The position numbers and the translations under genes were made by a program. From the NCBI GenBank assembly GCA_010356995.1, contig ML996696.1:250364-314363 (forward strand): a stretch of 64,000 nucleotides of DNA, in the 5' to 3' direction. Every line of letters begins with the position of its first letter. The first letter of the stretch is position 1. This document shows positions 1 through 11,733 of this stretch, piece by piece. Source of the DNA: Trichodelitschia bisporula (taxonomy: Eukaryota). The notes below the pieces were generated by a model. The model was not told the DNA's origin and did not search any database. It worked only from the letters and a program-made list of their open reading frames with translations.

Positions 1-617
1 AGAGCATAAAGACGCAATTGTGGGTCAAGCGTCTTCCGAAGTTGGTCCCGAACTGACGTTCCGTGCCAGGATCGACGATAGGAAGCGGGCGCAACCGCGT
101 ATGCGAGGATTCCTTCACGGGAGCAAAGTCATCTGGCAAGAGAAGGGCGTTCGCGGCTTCTTCCAAGGCTTTGTGCCGACAACTGCCAGACAGGCGGCCA
201 ATTCCGCCACGCGCTTCGGCAGCTACACCTCACTGAAGCAACTGGCTCAAGGCTATGTTGCCCCGGGAGAAAAACTTGGGGCGGTGAGCACCTTTGGTAT
301 TGGAGCTATGGCCGGCGTCATCACGGTCTATGTGACCATGCCTCTGGATACCGTCAAGACGCGCATGCAGTCCATTGAGGCTCGCGCCGAGTACAAGAAC
401 AGCTTTGTCTGCGCCGCTCGTATCTTCAAGGAGGAGGGCGTCCTTACCTTCTGGTCTGGAGCTGTGCCGCGGTTGGCGCGGTTGATCATGAGCGGAGGAA
501 TTGTCTTCACGATGTTTGTCGCCCGGTCAAGGGTGAGGACTATGCTAATATTTCTGCAGGTACGAGAAGACTCTCGAGCTCATGGACAAGTTCGATCCGA
601 AGGGCAAGTACATATAA
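1..617 (+). CDS. CTP1: Mitochondrial citrate/tricarboxylate carrier, 5'-truncated by the window edge
   Basis: Carrier motif PLDTVKTRMQ and CTP1-type TTARQAANSATRF. Introns 20-69 and 514-559 (GT..AG). Last exon reads MYEKTLELMDKFDPKGKYI, stop TAA 615-617. Confidence 0.9.
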
Positions 618-798
618 ATGTCACCAACGGGAGCATCGAATATGTAAAATATGCTGAACACAGCAACATTGAAGCGTTTCAGCCAATTTTCCCGGATCGT
701 ACCCGATATCAGGAGCAAGGATTACGCAAGGAGAAGTGAGCAAGCATCGTGAGAACTTCCAAGTCTAAATCTATCCATATCTGCCATTGCCGCACGGC

Positions 799-1819
799 CT
801 ACAACGTAGACTTCCGATTCAAACACCAGGTCATGGCGTCCTCGTCATGATACAGCTTACCCTCGGCCGTCAGCTTGCCGAGCACCTGCACCACACCCCG
901 CGCAGCTGCAAAGTGCAAGTTCTCCGGCACGTCCTGGTAGATGATGTGCACGAGATCCATGGAGGTAAGCGCCTCGCCCTCCGCCCCGCGCCCAAGCACC
1001 TCAAGCACCTCCTTCTCCCGCATCTCCCTATGCCTAATATACTCCCCAATCTTCGCCCTACAATCCTCAATCACAGGCCCATGTCCAGGATACCCACGCC
1101 CCCCAACCGCCTGCCCCATCCTCCTCAGACTATCCACATACGTAGCCAAATCCTCAAACACACTCGTTCCATGCCCCAGCACATTATCCCCCGTAAACAT
1201 CGCATCCTCCTCCTCCAATACCAGCGCCATATGATCCGTCGTATGACCCGGGGAATGGAACGCGCGCAGCGTGGCCCCATCAACGGTAAACCGCTGCCCG
1301 TCCGCGATGTCTTCCTCTCCCTCTCTGGGCTGGTTCTTATACACGGTCGTGCCGGGGCTTATCCATCGTGCGTCGGCGATTCCGCCGACGTGGTCTGGGT
1401 GCCAGTGCGTCACGATCACGGCTTCGAGCGAGGCGTTTTCGGATGCGAGGACCGAGGCGAGTGTGGTGGCCCAGGCGGGCTTGCCTTCGCCTGTGTCGAT
1501 TAGGATGCGCGAGGGGCCGCGGCCGATCAGGTAGGTGTTTGTGCCTTGGGGGTCAGCCTTGCGCCGTGGCGCGGGGCGAAGGGTGGAGGTTACCTTGGAG
1601 TGTGAACTGTGAGGTTAGCTTTGTCTTAGTGGTCTGGGAGGGATAGGGGGGTGGGGCGAGCGGGTTGCGCGCGCGGAGCTTGCTTACCTTCCCTGGATTC
1701 CCCCCCAAAATGCGAATGACGCGTGAGCTGAGGCGCTCGACGTCCGGGAGCGTGGGGCGCGGGGCCTGCATTGCGTGGGTGAGGAGGGAGCGGGTTGCGG
1801 CTGCTGTTGCGGTTGCCAT
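799..1819 (-). CDS. Metallo-beta-lactamase fold protein, LACTB2-like
   Basis: THWHPDH, PGHTTDH, FTGD and PGHG motifs. N-terminal GGNPGK-FTLQG-TNTYLIG is restored by introns 1607-1687 and 1545-1593 around a 13-nt exon (1594-1606). The start could be the later ATG (MQAPRP). Confidence 0.88.
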
Positions 1820-2271
1820 TGTATTTTACGGGGATTGGGTGGTGGTGATGATTGATGCTTGATGGCCGAGGTACGGACGCTCCATGCGCGGTGCCTACTG
1901 CGGCTAGGTATGCGAGCGCGCGGGGTGGGATGGCGAGCTGGAGGGGGGGCGGCGCGGGGGTGGTTATTGGTTCGGAGCGGGGTGAGGGGAGGGGAGGGGA
2001 GGGGGGGAGGCTGTACGATGGTAGATCGGAGCGCTGGTGAGGACGTGATGTTCTAGATATTGTATCGGACTGTGATAAAGGAGGAGTTGGCGTTCTTTTC
2101 TTCCTCGAGTCGCGGCCTCGGGCCTTGCGCCCTGAAAAGCGATGCCCCTCCATGCCCCGCACCGCACCACCAGGGTTCGCGTCTCCGCCAAAAAAAGCTT
2201 CGTGAACAGGGTCTCAGTCACCAACATCACCACTCCACCGTTACCACTCCTAATCCGGCATCACCATCAAG

Positions 2272-3102
2272 ATGTCCGACGACGAAGAGCCCCTGTATGT
2301 CCCCCGTTCTACAATTCTCTTCCCAACTAACCGTCGTAGCACCCTAAGTGCCTCCACCCTCTCCGCCCTCCAATCCTTCTACGGCGAACGCGACAGCCGA
2401 CTCAAAGCCTTCGAAGACCTCAAAACCGCCGCAGAATCCACCTTCGATGCCTCCCTTGAGTCTTCCAACCCCACGTCCTCCCCCGCCGTCCCTTCCACTA
2501 TAACCATGGACTTCTTCACCGAAGACTGGAACGCCTCCCAATTCTGGTACACCCCCTCCACCGCCTCAGCCCTCGCCGAACAACTCCTCACATCCTCCAC
2601 CCCCTCCACCCGCATAGCCTGCGTTTCCGCGCCCTCCGTCTTCGTCGCGCTGCGGAACATACTCGCGGAAAGGCCGGAGGCGGAGCGCCCGCAGATCACG
2701 CTGCTAGAATACGACGAGCGCTTCGCCGTGTTCGGAGCGCAGTTCGCGCGGTATGACTTCGCGCATCCGACGCGCCTGCCTGCGGAGCTTAAGGGCGTGT
2801 TCGACGCGATCATTGTGGATCCGCCGTTCTTGAGCGCGGATTGCCAGACCAAGGCCGCCTTGACGGTGCGCTGGCTGGCGAGGGAGTGGAAGAGGCCCGG
2901 CGGGGAGGGGGTGGGCGTGAGGGTGGTGGCGTGCACGGGGGAGAGGATGGGGGAGTTGGCTCTGAGGTTGTATGGCCCTGTTGGGGTGAGGTTGACGGGG
3001 TTTGAGGTGGAGCATGCGAAGGGGTTGAGTAATGAGTTTCGGTGCTTTGCGAATTTTGAGGCGGGGGATTGGGAGTTGCTGGAGAGCGGTGGGAGCGGTT
3101 AG
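2272..3102 (+). CDS. EFM5: eEF1A lysine N-methyltransferase (EFM5/EEF1AKMT1 family)
   Basis: EDWNASQFWY, IACVSAPSV, LLEYDERF, DPPFL and GLSNEF motifs. 45-nt intron at 2295-2339. Confidence 0.9.
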   Translation: MSDDEEPLYVPRSTILFPTNRRSTLSASTLSALQSFYGERDSRLKAFEDLKTAAESTFDASLESSNPTSSPAVPSTITMDFFTEDWNASQFWYTPSTASALAEQLLTSSTPSTRIACVSAPSVFVALRNILAERPEAERPQITLLEYDERFAVFGAQFARYDFAHPTRLPAELKGVFDAIIVDPPFLSADCQTKAALTVRWLAREWKRPGGEGVGVRVVACTGERMGELALRLYGPVGVRLTGFEVEHAKGLSNEFRCFANFEAGDWELLESGGSG

Positions 3103-3348
3103 ATGCAATATACCCCCTAGATAAGTGTCGTGAACTGTACAGAGAGCTTTAGATATGTATCCGGTATCAGTGTTACCCGCGATATGGGTGCGTCGGGAAG
3201 CCGACCCGGCACGGCCGGTATCACCACGCGCGGAAGTGGGGAAGGCAGGGTACGGCGATCTGAGCTCAGCGTCACTCCACTGACCTCACTACCCCTCCAC
3301 CACTTCCACGACCTCACCCCCCCCCCCAAAGCAACGCACACATACACA

Positions 3349-3795
3349 ATGGCAGCCTGCATCTTCTGCAAGATAATCAAGGGCGAGATCCCCTCCTTCA
3401 AGCTCTTCGAAAGCGAGAAAGTCTTCGCCTTCCTCGACATCCAGCCCCTCTCCCATGGCCACTCCGTCCGTACCCTCTCCCCCTCACCTCACCCCGCTAA
3501 TAACTCACAGCTCATAATCCCCAAACACCACGGCGAAAAGCTAACTGACATCCCGGACGACCAACTCTCCGAAATCCTGTCCGTAACCAAGCGCATCGCC
3601 GCCGCTTCGGGAGCGACGGACTACAACATCCTGCAGAACAACGGCCGGATCGCGCACCAGGAGGTGGGGCATGTGCATTTCCACATGATTCCGAAGCCGA
3701 ACGCAGAGGAGGGGCTGGGGATCGGGTGGCCGGCGAAGAAGACGGATATGGATGTGTTGAAGCGGTTGGGTGAGGAGATCAAGGCGAAGATGTAG
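3349..3795 (+). CDS. HNT1: HIT-family adenosine 5'-monophosphoramidase
   Basis: MAACIFCKIIKGEIPS start and histidine triad HVHFH. 45-nt intron at 3466-3510. C-terminus is -AKM. Confidence 0.93.
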   Translation: MAACIFCKIIKGEIPSFKLFESEKVFAFLDIQPLSHGHSVRTLSPSPHPANNSQLIIPKHHGEKLTDIPDDQLSEILSVTKRIAAASGATDYNILQNNGRIAHQEVGHVHFHMIPKPNAEEGLGIGWPAKKTDMDVLKRLGEEIKAKM

Positions 3796-4220
3796 ATACA
3801 GTAGAGGGTCTGTGATGGTAGTGATGTATCCAACCGCGGTTTGGAATTGATGTTGCTACAATGTGCACGAACTGATGCCACTATGTCTCCTTCGCCCGTC
3901 CTCATCATACAATGAGTACCCGGGAACACGATAATGGAAAGATGCTGCCATGAACCCCCGCCCCCGTATGCACCCATCCCGTGGGCAGCCGCCGTGCATT
4001 GCTAGCTACCCCCAAGTGTCCAAACCCACTTAGTACAATAACGATAGGAAACGGCGCCGATAGGCTGTCATAAGGGAGGAAGATGGGACAATGAGATGAT
4101 GAGGGGATACCTAAAACGCCGAGCAAGTCCGGGTCCCAATCGACCACCCGGAAAACAAACCACCCACTCGCTCCCTGTGCAGATACATTTAGCCGTCCAA
4201 GACCGAAGAAGACACTCGAT

Positions 4221-5386
4221 TTATACACTGCTCTCCGGCCGCTCACCCTCCGCCACCACCGCCACGCCCAAGCCGCGGTCCGGGCTCTGCAGCACAAGCT
4301 GCTCGTGCCGCCGCGCTCTTAGGAAGTCGCTGAGTGACTTGATGAGAATGAACCAGCCCATGATCATCATTATGTACGCCAGCCAATCGGACGAGCTGAT
4401 AGTTCCCGTCGACGCCATCTCCGCAACAGACTCGCCGTCCGGGCCGCGAGTGGGATCGAAGTCGCGAGAGTTGGGGTCGGCGGGAGCGCCGCCGAAGTTG
4501 TCACCCGCCGGATCCTGTGTGATGGGTGACTTCATTTGGAAGCCGAACTGCACGAGTGTGATGCCCAGCCCTGCGCGTGACCCGTTCTTGGCCGCGTGTG
4601 TCGTATGCAGGAGGTACGTCAGCAGGAAGCCGACGATCTGGAAGGACATGCTGATCATGGCGTTCCAAATGAAGCTGAAGATAGACCCGACGGGCAGGCC
4701 ATCGACGTACACTTCATCCGATACCATGCCCGGAGCGAGTATGGTTGTCTCCCAATAGGGCGGCGTTGCATCAGCCGCAGCTTGTTCGTAGGACTGCAAA
4801 ACGTTAGCCGGTGGACAGTGTTGCGAGAGGAAAAGAACATACCGGAGGCTTCTCGTCCAACTCCTCGCCTCGCGTTGGCTTCGCCGAGAGATTCGCAAAC
4901 ACACCGTCGTTGGCATTGCCCGCGCCGTATATTTGCGTCGACGAAAACACCGGTAGTTGCGTGACCCGACGCTCAATCGGGCGCGGTACAGTCTCGACGG
5001 TCTCCGTCTGATGGCTGCTACTCCGCTCGCTACCGGCTGTGTGCATCAGACGTTGGCGATCGTCGGAGGAATCGGCATCCTCGTCTTCCGAGTCGTCCTC
5101 ATCCGACGGCGAGTCGAAGGTGTCGGCAAGTGTCTGTTCAGCATCGGAAGATTGCGCATTTTGGCTGGCGAGGAGACGCCGGGCCGTGGGTGATGAAGCG
5201 CGCGAGTGGAATGACGGAGGTGGCGAGTTGGGGATGGGGAACGGCTGACGGGGGCCTTCGATGTGGTCGTCGGCATCGTGAGCCGCTACCTGATGGACGG
5301 AAACGCGGTTAGCAGACGCAAGCAGAGCGCAACAGGCGTAATGAACATGTAGAACATACTCTCTCATAGCGCTGATTGCCGCTCAT
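4221..5386 (-). CDS. BSD2: Metal homeostasis protein, Rsp5 adaptor (Bsd2/NDFIP family)
   Basis: NDGVFANLSAKP, PPSY (across intron 4794-4842), TPPYWETT and LLHTTHAAKNGSRAGLG motifs plus three hydrophobic helices. First intron 5290-5359. Confidence 0.9.
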
Positions 5387-5647
5387 GGCGGGCAGATTGT
5401 GGTGCTGTGGCCTTCAAACGCAGGGCCGAGGAGGCGAGTGAGACGGAGGGGGGTGAGGATCGAGGTGTGGAGGACAGAGGGTGGATTTTGACCGCTTGGT
5501 AGATTGACACTCGGTCCTGGGGAGCGGGGGAAGCGGTTTGCTGGTTGGCGGTGGATGTTAGGGGGAGTTGTGTGGTTGGTGATGGAGGAAACGTAGTTGA
5601 CTTGACCTCACACTGCACTCGAAGGGGGTTGATGAGTGATGAGAGGC

Positions 5648-5741
5648 NNNNNNNNNNNNNNNNNNNNNNNNNNNNNNNNNNNNNNNNNNNNNNNNNNNNN
5701 NNNNNNNNNNNNNNNNNNNNNNNNNNNNNNNNNNNNNNNNN
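5648..5741. other. Assembly gap (94 N)
   Basis: Run of N seen directly, in the BSD2/CBP6 divergent promoter region. Confidence 1.
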
Positions 5742-6160
5742 NTGGGGCCGAGTTGGATTGGTCACTCAACGCTGACCGAGCCAGTCGCGTCGCAGACTTG
5801 CGTGGCGTCAGGGCTGTGTTGTTCCCTTCACAATACCCCCCCTCAATTGTTTTGAAACTGAATAAGCGAAGGTTTCAGCTCATCTGAGCCACAATCCTTC
5901 AATTCACCCGCACACAAGCCACTTCGGATGCATTCGAAGCCCCGGATCCCGATCTGGAGGCGTGCGGCTCTTTCAAGTCAAAGAAAGCTTCATTATCGCA
6001 ACGCTAGAACTAAACATTGTGTTCTTCGATCAGCGCCCCGCATTCCTTTGCTCTGCTTTCGTCTGAAGCAATGTGAGCACAATAACTACCTACAATCAAG
6101 CTCAACAATCCCATCCATCCATCTAGAATCGCAAGGAACGCAATTCCCACCGCTACCGCA

Positions 6161-6641
6161 ATGTCCCGCTCTGTACGCATTCTTTCTCCCCGCATCCCCC
6201 TCCGTCTGCAACACCCTCCCGCTGACCTCAGACACCCTGAATGCAGGTCATAGCAAAGCACTACGCGCGCATCGCTGCACAATGGCCCAAGGACCCTTTG
6301 CGCCCAACTGTTTCCTTCCAGAAGCTGCTAGAAGCCCGCGCTGTTGCGACGGAGAAGCTGCCAGTGGGGCAGGAGGCCGTGGAACTGCGCAATGTCAATG
6401 CGTTATACTCGCTGCTGGATGACAGATATGCGAAGAAGGTGCAGCCCGTCATACTCCATGCGTCATCGACTGTCTGCTCACGCTTCTCGGCTCCTAGTAC
6501 CCGATACCCCCAAGGTTATTGAACCCGACCTCGAATCCCACACACTACCAGGACCTCATCACAGAGCTCGAGGAAGCACCCAACCGCACGTGGCTACAGC
6601 GCCTGGTCAACCGATGGAAGGGCGTCGTTCGCTTCTCTTGA
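6161..6641 (+). CDS. CBP6: Cytochrome b translation / complex III assembly factor (Cbp6/UQCC2-like)
   Basis: Three exons give MSRSVIAKHYARIAAQWPKDPLRP...NALYSLLDDRYAKK|YPIPPRLLNPTSNPTHYQDLITELEEAPNRTWLQRLVNRWKGVVRFS*, matching Cbp6-family motifs. Confidence 0.82.
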
Positions 6642-6963
6642 CCGTAGCCCTCGCCTGAGCTGGTTGAGGTGGTGTTAGCACATAACGTTGATGATATCAT
6701 GAGGCACAAAAATAGAGACCATTGTACATTAGGAAGCCGGTGGACGATATCGCACGACGCATTTTGATATGCGCAAAGCGAACATTTATCCCTCCACTGG
6801 TATTATACACACACACCAGGCGAACCGACCCAGCTGATAGAATACACGCATGATGCTTGAACCCCATCTTTGTCCCCAGGCCGACAACTCCGTACGAACA
6901 ACGCCGGACTCTACAATGCAAGAAAAGATGTGTATCCCATGAACAACCCTCCACAGCCCGAAT

Positions 6964-7011
6964 AAAGACGTCTCAAAGCATCCGAGCAAAGACGTCTCAA
7001 AGTGCCCGAAC
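6964..7011. repeat. Imperfect 24-bp tandem duplication between convergent 3' ends
   Basis: AAAGACGTCTCAAAGCATCCGAGC followed by AAAGACGTCTCAAAGTGCCCGAAC. Confidence 0.85.
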
Positions 7012-7061
7012 AAGGGTACGGGATAAAGGAACACCTTATCGAGAGATCTAGTTGCGGTGAC

Positions 7062-8985
7062 CTATGCGGCGGGTCCATTGAACTGCACGGGCCTGTTATG
7101 GGCGAGTAGTGCGGCTTGCTTCTCGCGCTCTAGCTTTTCCTGCTCCATCAATGCACGGTCAGCTTTGGTCACTCTAGGCTTGCGGACTGTAGTCCCACCG
7201 CGAGCACCGCGGCCACGACCCGCACCCCGAGCAGCCGCATCGCCACGCGTAGCAGTTCCCCGGCCACGGCCGCGACCACGCTTGACGGTACCGTCGGCAC
7301 TGCATACAATTAGCAAAACCCGGTTGCAAAAAGCGCAATAAGACATACCGTTCCACAGGCGGCTTTTCGCCCTCCGTAACGAGCGGACCGCTGTAGACGA
7401 AGAAGCCGTCCTTAGCCATGAGCGCCTGCTCCTCCCACGCCATCTCTGTGTCATCGATGAAGTCGTCTTCCCGATCGTAGTCCTCGGCCTTGCGCTTACG
7501 ACGCTTGATCTGCGGTCCGGCGGATGCTTCGTCGTCGATGCCACCCATCTCGGCATTGCTCTCGGCTTCGGAAACATCGAGTGACATGTCGTCACCAGAT
7601 GCTGCGTCGGCGGATCGATCAAGTTTTGCGCCCGCAGAGGCAATTTGCATGCGTCGCTGCTTCTGCGCAGCCAGACGGGGATGTAGTGCATCGAAACCGT
7701 ATTTGCGTTCCACCTCGCGCGCGAAGTTTATGGTAACATTGGTCTGACCTGCGAGAGGGAACGTGAGCCATATGTTTGTGCCGTTGATCTTCTCCGTGTT
7801 GTTAGGCACCGACGTGAGGCCTCCAAAAGGCGTGCCGGAAAGAAGGCCGCTGCCGGAAGGAAGAGGTTGAGCTTCTTTGGCTCGGGCGGGTTTGGACGCG
7901 GCGGGTGGGGTTGGGGCAGCCGACGAAGACGCGCCGCTGTTCGTTTTACGCATGGCAACGGACTTGGCGGGCTCTTTATCGACGTCCATGGCAGAAGAGA
8001 GGGGCGCCGACGTTACGTTTGAGTTAGGTGCGGCGTTTGCACTAGATGAAGCATAAGTGTACGGCCGCTGGTGCTGTTGCTGAGGTTGTTGCATGCCCGA
8101 CGGCGATGAGGGGGCGCCGGGAGGAGGTGCGAGGCGAACGGTCTGGTGCGAGGCCGTCGGCGACGCGCTGGGGTGGGCAGCCGACCGACTGGGCGTGTGG
8201 GCCTCGACGGTCGCGCCGCGGATAGGGTCGAACAACTGACCACTAGATGCGGGACGGGCCTGAGTGTGGGACTGAGGATGATGCGGAGTGTTCGTGGTAG
8301 AATTGTAGGGCGCAACATGCGAGAGGTTTGGGTTGGCAAACGCGTCGGCAGAGCGAGGGCCACCGGTGGTAGAAGAAGCGTTACGCGGCGACGAGGCGTT
8401 TGGTTGCGGAGGCATGGCGCCGACCAGATGATCTGTGATCTTCTGCTGGCGCGTCATGTCCAGTTTCGACTGTTGTGGGTTCAGATTGCTTTCATCAGAC
8501 TGTTGGGCATCTGCGCCGCGTTTCCTGCGAGTGGGTGCAGAAGCATTGGGATCCTTTGGCTTGGGTTTGGGTCCTGGCTTCTTGCGTTCGCGCACTGAGC
8601 CATCGGGATTGACGACGGGCTGCGCCTTTCTCCGCACTTTTTTATCCGGAGCCGCTGAACCACCTGTGGCGGCTTCGGCGGCTGCAGCGGCTGCAGCAGA
8701 ACCAACACCAGCAGCTGTGGCGGGCACAGAAGTGGCAGAACGCGCGCTATTTTTAGCCGCTGCCGCGGTAGAGGAGGGGAAGTCTGGATGGATGTGTTGC
8801 GTAACAAGGGAGTGACCGCCACCGATGGCAGAAGAGCTTGCAACACCAAAACTTGCCCTGTCGCGATGCAAGTGCGAAGGGTTGGCGTCGGACCGACCAG
8901 GGCTGCTCAGCTCGCTAACCGACGTGGGGTGCGGCGATGAGCTCGGCGGACGGCCGTTGCCCGCCAATGCCGCAGCAGGAGACAT
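7062..8985 (-). CDS. HPC2: HIR histone chaperone/corepressor subunit Hpc2 (HUN/HRD domain)
   Basis: INFAREVERKYGFDALHP and DYDREDDFIDDTE...KDGFFVYSGPL motifs after a long low-complexity N-terminus. Intron 7300-7348. Confidence 0.85.
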
Positions 8986-9619
8986 TTCCGACCACTTTTG
9001 CGTGCAGCGATACCTTCGGGTTCAGGTATGGCAAAACTCCTTGCAACCTGCTACACCACAAAATAATTTTCGGCTTTGCGGGTTACAAGGTGCAGTCCAG
9101 CTGCGAAAATGCGTCGTTGCTGCAAGGTACAGGGGCAAGAGGTGGCGAGGTTGCTCTTGGTTGCGTTTTCTACGCTGTGCGATGAAAGGAAATGGTTAGA
9201 AGAAGGAGCGGATGGAGAAGTGGATGTGGATGCCATTTGCGAAAATGGAGATGTGTCGGTAGTGGTAGGCGGGTGAGTTGGCGTATAGGGAAAGGAAAGG
9301 TGAATGGGGACGACGATGAACAACAAAGGGTATACGGGTGGAGCAGTGTATGCATGGGACAAACCAAGTGATGAATCTACAACACCCGGACAAGAGCGTG
9401 TTGCGTTGGGGGGTGGGAGGTGACGGGAGGGAGAGAAATTGCGCAGAGAGAAAACAACACCAACGAACCTTCTGTCGTGTTATTCTCGGCGGGGGGATAC
9501 GGAGTCTCTATGATGAGGGAACACTGGGTTGAAACACGCGTATGAGATGCCGTAGCGCGCTGACCGATGATATGATGACTGGGGGAATGAACAGAGGAAG
9601 ATAGAGCTGAGGAATCGGT

Positions 9620-9700
9620 GGAGGGGAAAGAGGAGTGAAGAGAGGGGGAGAGGAGAGCAAAGGAGAAGAGGGAAGAGGAAGAGGAAGAGGAAGGGCGAGC
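9620..9700. repeat. Purine-rich GAGGAA-type simple repeat (pyrimidine tract on the - strand upstream of HPC2)
   Basis: GGAAGAGGAAGAGGAAGAGGAAGGG and neighbouring GA runs seen directly. Confidence 0.75.
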
Positions 9701-11733
9701 GAGACTTCACACCACTACTCTTTCCATCAGAGGGGGAAGAAGCAGATAGATATACCAGTACTCCGTTCGACCAGAGCTTCTTCTACACCACCAAGACGAC
9801 ACCCGCCGCCTACGGGGATGACAGTAGGGTCAGACCTTCTCGCACCAAAGATCTCAGATGAGCCACCAGAGGCCCAAAGGCGATGACCAAAGGCCTCAAG
9901 AGCGTCGGGGCAGATTGCTTCGACCTTTTCGCCTTTACCCACCCGAAAGCGTGCTAGTTGCTAGGGAAGGGGAACTCTCTGATGCTCGGGTCAAACAGTA
10001 TCCAGTCCACTTGCTGGTTGTTAGTGGTGGCCCTGCCGAGCCATGAAAGGCCATGGAGCATGGGGGGGGGGGAGGGGAACGGCGGGAGGCATGCCTCGCT
10101 GGATTGATGGCTGTCCCCATTCGATGAACCTGATAGAACCCTTGAGGGGGGAGTTGACTGTGATGAGAGATCCCGAGCTAATTTCAGTTTTATGCAGATA
10201 TCAAAACCATCACCAGCAGGTATCCTACCTTACTTACCATAGTCAATTGTTCGTCTTCTTTGTCCGAACACTCATATCTGGAAAAGGAAGCTGCAGCGGT
10301 TCCATCATCTTTCCTGATCTACTGCCGTGTGTTTCGTCAGATGTCGGAGAAAAGCCATCAGCCGCTTTGCTCCTTTCCGTGTCCACCTCATCTCGCTCAC
10401 TTTTTGCTTTGCCAGCCTGCCTGCTCGCGGATTTACTAACCCACACATGGCTTATGCATAGATATAAAGAGGAAAAAAATAAGGTTACAACGAGCAACAT
10501 ACAAAAGAGAAGTCGGGTCGCGACAAATTCCCGGAGCAGACGCAGTGGGTGTCGATTCGTTTTAGATAGAGAATTGCCTCATCGGGTTTGGCGCGCAGAT
10601 ATGCTGCCTTGCAGCCTTCGACGTCCCTCCAAGACAACATCCCGGCAACAGCACGAAAACAAAGTACCTGCCGCACCAAGCCAACTGTACTCCGGAGGAA
10701 AGCAGCAACTACTTTGCTAATGAGCCGCGCCCCATATTCGCCGGCTGCCTGCTCTGACAAGTCATGAGTTCGCTAAATATCGGCACAAGACAGGTGTCTT
10801 TCCTGGATCATGTTCAAGGCGTGTCTTCAACAAACGAGAAGCTGCAAACGAATGCAAAACCTACATCTTTCCATGTATGATCGATATTAACTGCATGAAC
10901 CCCTTCCTGTCTCCTCTTCCACCACTCCCCCTGACAGTACCTCGACGGAGAGACAGAGAGGCGTCTTTGTACGTGGTCGCGGCAAATCGTCATGCATGCT
11001 GCAGGACCATCGCCCGATTGGTTTCTGTGGGGCGCCTTGCAGGCCACGCTGCATGTTGTCTGATATCCCCGCACCCCGCGCAAGCAACCCCTCATTCACG
11101 TGACTATTAAACCATGAGAACTTTCCTCCGTTGGCATTTTTAGGAGTTAGGAGGACTTTTAGCACACTCGTAGCTCGGTCTCGCGGTTATCGAAGAAGAC
11201 ACCTAAACCGCAAAACGGTCAGCAGATGGCTCAGTGGCTTCGCAACTTGAGAAGTCATGGTACATGCTGCTTCCTCAACAGGCTTATGTAACGGGTCCAG
11301 TACATCCATCCGTCTATCATGCTCGACAGCGTCATGCATTATGAACACAACCTTAAGCCAATAATTGCATGTTAAATGCACCCCAAAGCTAATCCCCTTC
11401 CCTTTAACAATACTACGGTAGAAGAATTTCCAACGAATCTTCACCACAAGCAGTTGTCTTGCATGGGCTTCTTGGCACACGTTGTTCCAGTTGGTGATGA
11501 GGGTGGCTTTGGTGGCTTGAACCCCGCTCCCGCCGCGTCACCACACGTGACTGAATATCAGATCATCGAACCGACTGCGAACCTCCTCCAACGGAGCTCC
11601 TCATCGCCATCACATCAAACATTCACTGCTTCCCTCCTAAAGCAAACATCCGCACTGCACAATCCTCTCCAACGTCACCGTTTGTATTCCCCACATTATC
11701 TCCCCTCCCTGGTTTTTCCGATAGTGCTTCGCC

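Noticed and set aside
799..810. LACTB2-like C-terminal -STL as a peroxisomal signal
   Set aside because: Thr at position -2 departs from the PTS1 consensus; too weak to call.
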